A stretch of 64,000 nt of DNA from Alphaproteobacteria bacterium (GTDB lineage: Bacteria > Pseudomonadota > Alphaproteobacteria > Bin95): contig OZ219785.1 of the NCBI GenBank assembly GCA_964291285.2, forward strand, positions 864,001 through 928,000, written 5' to 3'. A program made the translations under genes and the position numbers. Below the pieces are notes generated by a model, which was not told the DNA's origin, made no database searches, and was given only the letters and a program-made list of their open reading frames with translations. Below, one piece after another: positions 9,377 to 18,106 of the stretch. Each line of letters starts with the position of its first letter. The first letter of the stretch is position 1.

Positions 9377-9975
9377 GCCGGCACCCCCTCGCCGCGCAGG
9401 AATTTCAGCAGCGGCAGCAGCGGCAGCCCCAGCACGGTGAAGAAGTCTCCCTCCACGCGCTCGAACAATTGCGCCCCCGGCCCTTCCAATTGGTAGGCCC
9501 CGACCGAATCGAGCGCCGCGGGCCCGACGGTTGCCAGATAGGCGTCGATGGCCGCCGGGGTCAGGGACCGCACCGCGAGCCGGGCGCGCTCCGTCCGCTT
9601 CCAGAGAACGACCCCGTCCCTGAGCGCGGCGGCAGCCGTCACCAGTTCGTGTTCGCGCCCCGAGAATGCTGCGAGATGGGCGGCTGCTTCGCCCAGGTCC
9701 CGCGGCTTGTCGAAACGCCGGTTGCCCATGACCAGCAGTTGGTCCGCGCCGAGCACCAGCCGGCCGGGATGCGCTGCCGCGACGGCCGCCGCCTTGGCTT
9801 CCGCCAGCGCCAGCACAAGGGAGTCGTGATCGAGCTTGTCGAACGCCGCTTTCACCGGGTCTTCATCGACGCCGGAGGCGATCTGCTCCACCGGCACCCC
9901 GGCGGAGGCAAGCAGGCGCGCCCGCACCGTGCTGGCCGAAGCCAGGATCGGTGGTTCACCCGGCCGTACTGCCAT
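9364..9975 (-). CDS. maf: Maf-family nucleoside triphosphate pyrophosphatase
   Basis: ILASASTVR, LAEAKA, GADQ, SVGAYQLEG, GLPLLPLL. Confidence 0.9.
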   Translation of the reverse strand: MAVRPGEPPILASASTVRARLLASAGVPVEQIASGVDEDPVKAAFDKLDHDSLVLALAEAKAAAVAAAHPGRLVLGADQLLVMGNRRFDKPRDLGEAAAHLAAFSGREHELVTAAAALRDGVVLWKRTERARLAVRSLTPAAIDAYLATVGPAALDSVGAYQLEGPGAQLFERVEGDFFTVLGLPLLPLLKFLRGEGVPAWAC

Positions 9976-10786
9976 GGGCGCGCTCTTCCAGCAGGCGGAT
10001 GATGCCGGCCGCCGTTTCCTCGATGGACCGCCTGGTAACGTCGATGGACGGCCAGCCCTTTTCGGAAAAGAGGCGGCGCGAGGCGGCGACTTCGATCCGC
10101 ACCCGGTCGAGGTCCACATAGTTGGTTTCGCGCTGCTCATGCAGTGTGCGCAGACGGTTGCGCCGCACCTGCACCAGCCGGCCTGGATCGACCGTGAGGC
10201 CCACCACCAGCGGGCGCGTCAGTTGCATCACCTGCTCCGGAAGCGGCACTTCCGGCACGAAGGGCACATTCGCCGCCTTGTAGCCGAGATTGGCGAGATA
10301 GATGCAGGTCGGCGTCTTGGAGCTGCGGGAAACGCCGATCACGACAACATCCGCCTCGTCGAGGTCGTCGCTCATCTGGCCGTCGTCATGTACCATGGTA
10401 AACTGCATGGCGTCGATGCGGTCGAAATACCGGTCATCGAGCCTCTGGCGCCGGCCGGGGCGGTGATGGGCCCGCCGGCCGGCCCATTCGCTGATAGCCG
10501 TCACCGGCTCGTCAAGCAGCGAGACGAAGGGCGCGCCGGCCTCACGGCAGGCAACTTCGAGCAGGTGGCGGAGCTGGTCGTTGACAACCGTCGCGAGCAC
10601 CACGCCCGGGGTGGCGCGAATGCCTTCGATCACGCCCAGTAACTGGTCGGTATTGCGGATGAGGACCCAGAAATGCTCCCGGACCGCTATGCCGTCGAAC
10701 TGGCTGACACAGGCCCGGCCGAGCGTGCGCACGGTCTCTCCGGTCGCATCGGAGACCAGATGCAGGTGAACCACCGGATTATCCAC
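9956..10786 (-). CDS. ppsR: Pyruvate,water dikinase regulatory kinase/pyrophosphorylase (DUF299)
   Basis: HLVSDATGET, HDDG, GVSRSSKTPTCIYLA, DVTRRSIEETA; GTG start inferred. Confidence 0.9.
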   Translation of the reverse strand: MDNPVVHLHLVSDATGETVRTLGRACVSQFDGIAVREHFWVLIRNTDQLLGVIEGIRATPGVVLATVVNDQLRHLLEVACREAGAPFVSLLDEPVTAISEWAGRRAHHRPGRRQRLDDRYFDRIDAMQFTMVHDDGQMSDDLDEADVVVIGVSRSSKTPTCIYLANLGYKAANVPFVPEVPLPEQVMQLTRPLVVGLTVDPGRLVQVRRNRLRTLHEQRETNYVDLDRVRIEVAASRRLFSEKGWPSIDVTRRSIEETAAGIIRLLEERAHGSTAG

Positions 10787-11030
10787 GCAACCTCCGGGGA
10801 AAAGCGGTGCAGAACCGGAGGCCACTGATAACACACCCGACTCTCCCGCCGCGCCCCCAAACCGTCCCCAGCCGGAAAAGGACAACTTCAATCCCGTGGA
10901 TAACGGGAGCAGGCGCATCCCGGTGCAGCTTTCTCGAATGGCACGCAGGGGATAATGCCTGTTTCCACAGCCGGGAGCGGCTATATAGAAAAAACAAGAA
11001 TTCAGAATCTCTTCTATCCGGTTAAGGAAG
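10779..11030. other. oriC: Probable chromosomal replication origin (oriC)
   Basis: Lies between DUF299 and hemE, the known alphaproteobacterial origin position. DnaA-box-like 9-mers at 10779-10787 (TTATCCACG), 10895-10903 (rev TTATCCACG), 10947-10955 (rev TTATCCCCT) and 10961-10969 (GTTTCCACA), then an AT-rich tract at 10981-11025. Confidence 0.75.
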
Positions 11031-11044
11031 CGCTGCCGGCCGGT

Positions 11045-12049
11045 ATGGTCAAACCCCTCCTGAGAGCCCTTGCAGGCGAGACCGTGCGTCCGGCGCCGTT
11101 CTGGCTGATGCGCCAGGCCGGGCGCTACCTGCCGGAATACCGGAAACTGCGCGCCTCGGCGGACAGCTTCCTCGACCTCTGCTTCTCCCCGGCGCTCGCG
11201 GCGGAGATCACGCTGCAGCCGGTGCGCCGCTTCGATACCGATGCCGCGATCCTGTTCTCGGACATCCTGACGATTCCGCATGCGATGGGCCAGGAGGTGC
11301 GTTTCGTGGAAGGAAAGGGGCCTATCCTGGAGCCTCTCGATCCTGCCTCATTGCACCCCGTGGAAGACCGCCTGGATGCTGTTTACGAAGCGATCAGCCT
11401 GACACGAGCAAACCTGCCCGGCCAAACGGCGCTGATCGGCTTTGCAGGCGCGCCCTGGACGATGGCGGCCTATATGGTCGAAGGAGGCTCCAGCCGCGAC
11501 TGGCTCAAGGTCCGGCAGATGGCATCCGGCGACCCGGAGCGTTTCGCGGCGCTGATCGACCGTCTTGTGGACGCCACGGTCGATCATCTGGCGGCGCAGG
11601 CGGCGGCCGGGGCGGAGGCGCTGCAGCTGTTCGACAGCTGGGCGGGGCTGTTACCGCCTTCGGCCATGAGACGCTGGTGCCTGGAGCCGGCGCAGCGGAT
11701 CGCAGCGGCGTTGAGGGAACGCCATCCCTCCGTGCCGCTGATTCTCTTCCCGCGCGGTGCCGGTGTGCTTGCCGCCGAGTTCGCCGGAGTCGGCGATTGC
11801 GTCGGCCTCGACACGAGCACGGACCCGTGCTGGGCGGCGCAGGCCATTCAAGGTGACGCGGCCGTTCAGGGCAATCTCGATCCCATGCTCCTGGTCGTCG
11901 GCGGCGATGCAATGCAACGAGCGGCCCGGGAGATCCTCTCCGAACTCCGCAGTGGCCCGCATATTTTCAATCTCGGCCATGGCGTCCTGCCGATCACGCC
12001 GCCGGAGCATGTCGCCGCCCTGCGGCGGATCGTGCGGGAGACACCGTGA
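11045..12049 (+). CDS. hemE: Uroporphyrinogen decarboxylase
   Basis: WLMRQAGRYLPEY, AAILFSDIL, FNLGHG. Confidence 0.95.
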   Translation: MVKPLLRALAGETVRPAPFWLMRQAGRYLPEYRKLRASADSFLDLCFSPALAAEITLQPVRRFDTDAAILFSDILTIPHAMGQEVRFVEGKGPILEPLDPASLHPVEDRLDAVYEAISLTRANLPGQTALIGFAGAPWTMAAYMVEGGSSRDWLKVRQMASGDPERFAALIDRLVDATVDHLAAQAAAGAEALQLFDSWAGLLPPSAMRRWCLEPAQRIAAALRERHPSVPLILFPRGAGVLAAEFAGVGDCVGLDTSTDPCWAAQAIQGDAAVQGNLDPMLLVVGGDAMQRAAREILSELRSGPHIFNLGHGVLPITPPEHVAALRRIVRETP

Positions 12050-13062
12050 GCCGGCTGGCCGTCATCCTCTTCAACCTTGGCGGGCCCGACAGCCCGGAAG
12101 CCGTCAAGCCCTTCCTGCGCAACCTGTTTTCCGACCCCGCCATCCTGACGGTCCCGGCTCCCGTCCGCTTTTTTCTGTCGCGCTACATCGCCAGCCGGCG
12201 GGAAACACCGGCGCGCGCGGCCTATGAGCAGCTGGGCGGGGCCTCGCCGTTGCTGGCGCAGACCGAGGAACAGGCCCGGGCGCTTGAAGCCGCACTGGGG
12301 GCGCGGGGACAGGAGGCGCGCTGCTTCATTGCGATGCGCTACTGGCATCCGCACGCGGCGGCGGCGCTTGCGGCGGTTCGCGACTACCGCCCGGACGAAA
12401 TCGTGGCCCTGCCGCTCTATCCGCAGTTCTCGACCACTACTTCGGGGTCGTCGCTCGCCGAATGGCGGAAATTGGCGGGAGCGGATGCTCGGCTGCGGGT
12501 ATTGTGCTGCCATCCGCTGCTGGAGGGACTGGTCGAAGCCTGGGCGGAGCCGCTTGCCGAGGCTGTCCGGCGGGCGCGCGCCGCGGGCCCGGTCCGCGTG
12601 CTGTTCACCGCGCACGGCTTGCCGGAGCGGGTGATTGCGAAGGGGGATCCCTATGCGTGGCAGGTGGAGCGGACGGCCGAAGCGCTCCGCGCTGCTGCCG
12701 AGGCGAGGCTGGGCGAACTCAATGACATCGACTGGCGCGTGACCTGGCAGAGCCGGGCCACGCCGGAAAAATGGCTCGAGCCCGACACGGAGGCGGAGGT
12801 TGAAGCGGGCGCAAGGGAAGGGCTGGCGCTGGTGCTGGCGCCGATCGCGTTCGTCTCCGAACATTCCGAGACGCTGGTGGAGCTCGACATCGAATACCGG
12901 GCCGTGGCGGAGCGGGCCGGTGCCGCAGCCTGGGAGCGCGTGGCGACGCCGCGCACCGCGCCTTCCTATATCGAGGGCCTGGCGGCGCTGGTGCTCGACC
13001 GCCGGCCGCGAAAACGGCTCTGCCCGGTCTCCTGCACCGGCTGCCCGGTCGCCGCCCGATGA
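12046..13062 (+). CDS. hemH: Ferrochelatase
   Basis: NLGGP, MRYWHP, LPLYPQFS, TAHGLP, FVSEHSETLVELD. Confidence 0.95.
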   Translation: MSRLAVILFNLGGPDSPEAVKPFLRNLFSDPAILTVPAPVRFFLSRYIASRRETPARAAYEQLGGASPLLAQTEEQARALEAALGARGQEARCFIAMRYWHPHAAAALAAVRDYRPDEIVALPLYPQFSTTTSGSSLAEWRKLAGADARLRVLCCHPLLEGLVEAWAEPLAEAVRRARAAGPVRVLFTAHGLPERVIAKGDPYAWQVERTAEALRAAAEARLGELNDIDWRVTWQSRATPEKWLEPDTEAEVEAGAREGLALVLAPIAFVSEHSETLVELDIEYRAVAERAGAAAWERVATPRTAPSYIEGLAALVLDRRPRKRLCPVSCTGCPVAAR

Positions 13063-13505
13063 CCTGGCTCTTCGCGCTCTATCCCTGGATCAAGGCGCTG
13101 CATATCGCGGCCATCGTCTTCTGGATGGCCGGGATGCTCTATCTGCCGCGCCTCTTCATCTACCACCTGGAGACTAAACCCGGCGCCGCCGACAGCGAGC
13201 GTTTCAAGCGAATGGAGCGGCGCCTGCTCAGGGTCATCATCAACCCGGCGATGATCGCGGCCTTCCTGTTCGGCGGGCTCCTGCTCTGGGTCTCGCCGAA
13301 CATGGACTGGGCCGCCGGCTGGCTCTGGGGCAAGCTCGCCGCCGTCGCCGTCATGGCATGGCTGCACCACCTCTTCGCGCGCTGGCGCAAGCATCTCGAC
13401 GAAGACGGCAGAAGCCTTTCCGCGCGTCGCTGCCGCCTCGCCAACGAAGCCCCGGCGCTGCTGACCCTCGCCATCGTCATCCTGGTCGTCGTCAAGCCGT
13501 TCTGA
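13059..13505 (+). CDS. hemJ: Protoporphyrinogen oxidase HemJ
   Basis: KALHI...WMAGMLYLPRLFIYH, ERRL, NE, VVVKPF end. Confidence 0.92.
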   Translation: MTWLFALYPWIKALHIAAIVFWMAGMLYLPRLFIYHLETKPGAADSERFKRMERRLLRVIINPAMIAAFLFGGLLLWVSPNMDWAAGWLWGKLAAVAVMAWLHHLFARWRKHLDEDGRSLSARRCRLANEAPALLTLAIVILVVVKPF

Positions 13506-13548
13506 ATGCGAAAATTGGCGGTAGTATGGACGTGCAGGAGGGAGCCGC

Positions 13549-14994
13549 ATGGCCGTTGACGAACCGCGTTTCCTGATCGTGGCGATGGACGGGCTCCGGC
13601 CCGACATGATCTCGGAGGAGGCCTGCCCGGCAGTGGCGCGCTTCATGGGCGAGGGCTGCGTGTGGCCGAACGCGCGGACGGTGTTCCCGAGCGAGACCCG
13701 CGTCGTCACGCCGACCGTGGCCACGGGCGCCTGGCCCGCCCGGCACGGGCAGATCGCCAACACCTTCCCGACGCCCGGCAACGGGCCGCTCATCAACACC
13801 GCGCCGGTCGAGGGCCTGCTGGCGGCGGTGGAGCATTTCGGCGATGCGCTGGTCGCCGCGCCGTCGCTGGGGGACCGGCTGGCGGCCGCGGACAGGCGCT
13901 ATGTCGTCGTCTCGTCCGGCACGGCCGGCAATGCGTATTGCCTCAATCCCCGCGCGCGGGGGCGCAACCAGGCGACCTTCTCGGTGCAGGGGCCGGAGAT
14001 CAGCACGCCGGCGGCCGACCATGCGGGGATCGAGGAGCGGCTGGGGCCCGTGCCGGCGCAGGCGATGCCGAACAATGCGCGATGCCGCTACGCGACGCGC
14101 GTGCTCCTGGAGGAGATGTTTCCCCGGCACGACCCCCATGTCGCCGTGGTCTGGTATTCCGAGCCCGACATCGCCATGCACTATGCCGGCATCGGTTCGG
14201 ATGCCTGCCGGGAGGCGCTCGCCTGCGTGGACGCGGAATTCGCGCAGGTCCTCGCCGCGCTCGAAGCGAGGCCCGACGCCGCGCGCTGGAATGTCATCCT
14301 GCTCTCCGACCACGGACAGGTGACGATCCGCGAGAAGATCGACGTGGCCGCGGAAATGCGCGCTGCGGGCTTCCGCGCCGGGCCGCGGCTCGATGCCGAC
14401 ACCGACTATGCGGTCGTCTCGTCCTCCTGCGGCAATGTCGTGAGCCGCGACGGCCGGGTCGCGAAGCTGGCGGACTGGATGCGCGAGCAGCCCTGGGCGG
14501 GGCTGCTGTTCGCGCGCGGCGTCAACGAGGTGGAGGGCCATGTCGCCGGCAGCTTCTCGCTCGGGCTGGTGGGGCTCGACCATGAGCGCACGCCGCATCT
14601 GGTCTATACGCTCGGCCAGGACGACGGCGACAACCGCTGGGGCTTCGCCGGCGGCGCGCTTGCCGGCATGGACGACTCGCCGCCGCCGGAGTTCGGCGGC
14701 ATCCACGGCGGCCTGCACCCGAAGGAGCTGTCCTGCCTGCTGGCGGCGCGGGGGCCGCACTTTCCCGCAGCCGCCGCGGCCGAGGCAGCGGTCGGGCCCA
14801 TAGACATCGCGCCGACCGTGCTGGAGGCCTTCGGCATCGCGCCGGCGGAAACGGTCGCCGGCGGGCCGCTGGTGCGCCCGGGCATCCCGAAGCGCCGGGC
14901 GTTCGAGACCGGCGCGGGCAGCTATGCGGCGCGTATCGACATGCTGGAAATCGGCGGCCGGCGCTATCTGGACTCGGGCCGGCGGGCGAGCTGA
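13549..14994 (+). CDS. Alkaline phosphatase superfamily protein (NPP/phosphonoacetate hydrolase-like)
   Basis: MDGLRPD, FPSET nucleophile region, EPDIAMH, SDHG, GIHGG. Confidence 0.8.
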   Translation: MAVDEPRFLIVAMDGLRPDMISEEACPAVARFMGEGCVWPNARTVFPSETRVVTPTVATGAWPARHGQIANTFPTPGNGPLINTAPVEGLLAAVEHFGDALVAAPSLGDRLAAADRRYVVVSSGTAGNAYCLNPRARGRNQATFSVQGPEISTPAADHAGIEERLGPVPAQAMPNNARCRYATRVLLEEMFPRHDPHVAVVWYSEPDIAMHYAGIGSDACREALACVDAEFAQVLAALEARPDAARWNVILLSDHGQVTIREKIDVAAEMRAAGFRAGPRLDADTDYAVVSSSCGNVVSRDGRVAKLADWMREQPWAGLLFARGVNEVEGHVAGSFSLGLVGLDHERTPHLVYTLGQDDGDNRWGFAGGALAGMDDSPPPEFGGIHGGLHPKELSCLLAARGPHFPAAAAAEAAVGPIDIAPTVLEAFGIAPAETVAGGPLVRPGIPKRRAFETGAGSYAARIDMLEIGGRRYLDSGRRAS

Positions 14995-15806
14995 GCCTCG
15001 CGGCGGACGATGTAGAAGGTGGACGCGAAGATCACCGCGCCGCCCGCCAGCGCCCAGACCGAGGGCGTCTCGTCGAAGACCGCCATGGCGACCAGCACCA
15101 TCATCGGCAGCCGGGTGAACTCCCAGGGCATCACCACGGTCAGGTCGGCGAGCGCGAGCGCGCGGACGAACGCCACATGCCCGAGCGAGGCGACCCCGGC
15201 GAGCGCGAACAGCCACAACCAGGTCTCCGCGCCGGGCCACCGCCAGACGAACAGCGCCGGCGGGAGCGACAGCGCCGCGATGATGGCCGAGGCGAGGAAG
15301 ACGATGCGCTCCACCGGCTCGCGATGCGCCAGCCGCTTGATGACGAGCGTCGACGCGGCGATCATCACGGCATTGGCGAAAGCGAGGCCGGCGCCCGCAC
15401 CCAGGCCCGAGAAATCCGGGCGCAGCACCAGCATGGCGCCGAGGAAGCCGACCACGATGGCGGTCCAGCGCCGCGCGCGCACGGTCTCGCCCAGCACCAG
15501 CGCCGCGCCGGCCGTCGCGAAGAGCGGCATGGTGAAGGAGAGCGCGGTGACATCGGCGAGCGGCATGACGATGACCGCCCAGAAGCCGCAGATCATGCCC
15601 ACGGTGCCGAACGCGCCACGCATCGCGTAGAGGTGCCACGGGAAGCCCGGCCGCCGGAGCGCCGAGAGGTCCAGCCGGCGGAAGAACGGGGCCATGAAGG
15701 CCAGTACCAGCAGGTTGCGGAAGAAGACGATCTGGAACGGGTGCAGCTCGGTCGAGGCGAAGCGGATGCACACGCTCATGCCAGTGAACGCGGCCATCGC
15801 CGCCAT
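14964..15806 (-). CDS. DMT/EamA-family transporter
   Basis: About 10 hydrophobic segments; LGETV...RW...GFLG...LRP; start may lie slightly upstream. Confidence 0.85.
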   Translation of the reverse strand: MAAMAAFTGMSVCIRFASTELHPFQIVFFRNLLVLAFMAPFFRRLDLSALRRPGFPWHLYAMRGAFGTVGMICGFWAVIVMPLADVTALSFTMPLFATAGAALVLGETVRARRWTAIVVGFLGAMLVLRPDFSGLGAGAGLAFANAVMIAASTLVIKRLAHREPVERIVFLASAIIAALSLPPALFVWRWPGAETWLWLFALAGVASLGHVAFVRALALADLTVVMPWEFTRLPMMVLVAMAVFDETPSVWALAGGAVIFASTFYIVRREAQLARRPESR

Positions 15807-15856
15807 GGCAAGAATGCCGGCCTTCGCAAGGGCCGGCAGGCGGTTCCAGGCCGGGA

Positions 15857-16468
15857 TCAGCCGAATAGCGGGGACTCGTCCTCGACGGGCTCAGGGTCGA
15901 GCTGGGGCCGCTCCGCGGCCTCGAGCGCCTCGCGCTCCTCGGGCGGCAGCTTGGCGCGCGCCTTGGCCGTTTCCTCGGCAAGGTCGATATAGGTGCAGAG
16001 GCCGAGATCGACCGGGTGCTGCGGGCGGATATTGCTGGTGTTCCAGTGCGTGCGCTCGCGCACGGCGGTGATCGTGTTCTTGGTCGTGCCGATCAGCTTG
16101 CCGATCTGCGCGTCCGAGAGTTCGGCCCGGTTGCGGAGCAGCCAGGCGATTCCGTCCGGCTTGTCCTGCCGCTTGGAGACGGGCGTGTAGCGCGGACCGC
16201 TGCTTCGCGCCGTGGCGCGCGGCGAGTCGCGCCTGGCCATGACGAGCCTCTCATCGGGCAGGGCTTCGCAGCGGGCGATTTCCTCGCGGGTGAGTTCATC
16301 ATGCGTGATCGGGTCGCGGCCGTTGATACCGGCGCCGATATCGCCGTCCGCCAGCGCTTGCACTTCCAGCATGTGAAGGCCGCAAAACGCGCCGATCTGC
16401 TCGAAGGTGAGGCGCGTGTTGTCGATCAGCCAGACCGCGGTCGCCTTCGGCATAAGGGGCATGTCCAT
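15857..16468 (-). CDS. DUF1013 family protein (TrcR-like regulator)
   Basis: PLMPKATAVWLIDNT.LTF.QI..FCGLH.LEV, RYTPVSKRQDKPD, LIGTTK, RTHWN. Confidence 0.85.
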   Translation of the reverse strand: MDMPLMPKATAVWLIDNTRLTFEQIGAFCGLHMLEVQALADGDIGAGINGRDPITHDELTREEIARCEALPDERLVMARRDSPRATARSSGPRYTPVSKRQDKPDGIAWLLRNRAELSDAQIGKLIGTTKNTITAVRERTHWNTSNIRPQHPVDLGLCTYIDLAEETAKARAKLPPEEREALEAAERPQLDPEPVEDESPLFG

Positions 16469-16520
16469 GGGAGAGGCGCTTTCGGTTTCAGGAAAGTATT
16501 GCCGCCAGATTTAGGATGTT

Positions 16521-17393
16521 TCACTTCGGTTGCAAAGGCCGGGACGGCATGAGCGGGCCGGGAGCGTCCTCGTCGAACTGCGGAAGATCGTCGGTAATCC
16601 GATGCCAGGGGGCCATGGAGGCTGTGTGGATATGCCGGTCCACATTCCGCCCCGGATCGTCGTCCAGCGCCGCCATCGGCGTGACGGCAAGGCCGCGCTC
16701 CTGAGAGCGCCGGGGAACGCCGGAGCCGCAGTTTCGGCAGAAGGAGACGGCGAAATGCCGGGCTTCCGGCAGTTTCCATTCGGCCGCGAGTTCCTCGCCC
16801 CGGACAAAGCGCAGCCCGTCGATCGAGGTGAAGCCGTTGGTGGCATGGGCCGCTGCGCGCGCTCTCCGGCAGCGCGAGCAGTGACAGTTGTGGACACGCC
16901 CGAAGGGCTCCAGCACCTCCCAGACGATCCCGCCGCAAAGGCAGCTTCCGGCAAGCCCCTCCACGCCCTCCGGCCGGGCGCGCGGGATTTCCGGCAGCCC
17001 CTTGTTCGGCGGCCAGCCGTCGAAGCGGATGAGGTCGTCGTCGATCCTGTTCCAGGGCGGCGCCGAGGCGGCGAAGATATGGGCGTTCGGGCGCTTTTCG
17101 GGATCGTCCGCGAAGAGGCCCGCCGGCACGAACCAGCCGCCGGCCGGCGAGCGCCCCGGCAGCGAGGAGCCGCAGGTGCCGCAGAAGGAGCGGCGGAAAC
17201 CGGGCGAGGATTCGTAATGCCGGACCGCTTCCTCGCCGGCCGTCCACCGGAAGGCTTCCTCCCGGACCCGCGCCATGGTGGCAAAGGCGGCGCCGTGATG
17301 CTTGCGGCACATCGAGCAATGGCAGTGGGAGAGGTCGCGCACCGCGTCCACGGCGAAGCGCACGGTCCCGCAAAGACAGCGTCCCTCGATCAT
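16521..17393 (-). CDS. GFA (glutathione-dependent formaldehyde-activating)-family protein with two tandem domains
   Basis: CLCG...CHCSMCR...FCGTCGS, then CLCG...CHCSRCR...FCRNCGS. Confidence 0.85.
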   Translation of the reverse strand: MIEGRCLCGTVRFAVDAVRDLSHCHCSMCRKHHGAAFATMARVREEAFRWTAGEEAVRHYESSPGFRRSFCGTCGSSLPGRSPAGGWFVPAGLFADDPEKRPNAHIFAASAPPWNRIDDDLIRFDGWPPNKGLPEIPRARPEGVEGLAGSCLCGGIVWEVLEPFGRVHNCHCSRCRRARAAAHATNGFTSIDGLRFVRGEELAAEWKLPEARHFAVSFCRNCGSGVPRRSQERGLAVTPMAALDDDPGRNVDRHIHTASMAPWHRITDDLPQFDEDAPGPLMPSRPLQPK

Positions 17394-17455
17394 GTCGGTC
17401 CTCCCGGCGGAATGGCGGTGAGCATAGCGTAAACGGGGCCGGGCGGGATTACTCC

Positions 17456-17485
17456 TTGCCAATATTTGCCAATTGGCGTTAGCAT
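17456..17485 (+). promoter_or_regulatory. TA promoter/operator
   Basis: TTGCCA (-35-like, 17456) and TAGCAT (-10-like, 17480); TTGCCAAT direct repeat and GCCAATTGGC palindrome; ATG only 6 nt after the -10. Confidence 0.5.
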
Positions 17486-17491
17486 TGAGCC

Positions 17492-17731
17492 ATGACAACG
17501 ATGAACATATCGCTTCCGGACACCATGAAGGCGTTTGTGGACGATCAGGTCGGCGCGCGCGGCTACAGCAGTTCGAGCGAATATGTCCGCGAGTTGATCC
17601 GCAGGGAACAGGACCGCCAGAACCTGCGCAACATGCTCCTCGAAGGAGCGGCATCGCCGCTGGCGGTTACGGCCGATGCGGATTACTTCGACGGGGTGCG
17701 TCAGCGGATTCGCCAAGCGGCCCAAAAGTGA
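17492..17731 (+). CDS. ParD-family RHH antitoxin
   Basis: MNISLP...FVD.QV...GYSSSSEYVRELIR...LLEG. Confidence 0.9.
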   Translation: MTTMNISLPDTMKAFVDDQVGARGYSSSSEYVRELIRREQDRQNLRNMLLEGAASPLAVTADADYFDGVRQRIRQAAQK

Positions 17732-18057
17732 GCACCCGGCCGGTCGTCCTGCGAGGGCGGGCGCGGCGCGATTTCGACAATGCTGTGGAGCACTATCTGG
17801 AAGAGGCGGGGCCTGTGCTCGCGGAGGATTTCACAGACGCAGTGGAGGAAACACTGCGCCATGTTGGCGAATCGCCGGCGACTGGCTCTCCTCGTTACGC
17901 CCGCGAACTCGATATTCCCGGCTTGCGCTTCAGAATGACGGGAAAGTTTCCGTATCTCGTGCCTTACGTCGAAAAAGATTCGGTTGTCGAAGTCTGGCGT
18001 ATCCTGCATGGCTCACGGGAAATTCCGACGCGGATGCGGGAACCGGGCGAAGACTGA
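17728..18057 (+). CDS. ParE/RelE-family toxin
   Basis: GTGA overlap with the antitoxin; ARRDF, P.TG, FPYLV.Y, VWRILHGSR. Confidence 0.88.
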   Translation: MSTRPVVLRGRARRDFDNAVEHYLEEAGPVLAEDFTDAVEETLRHVGESPATGSPRYARELDIPGLRFRMTGKFPYLVPYVEKDSVVEVWRILHGSREIPTRMREPGED

Positions 18058-18106
18058 CCCGCAGTTCCCGCCGTGCGCCGGGTGAGTGCGGCAGAAAGGC
18101 GAAAGC

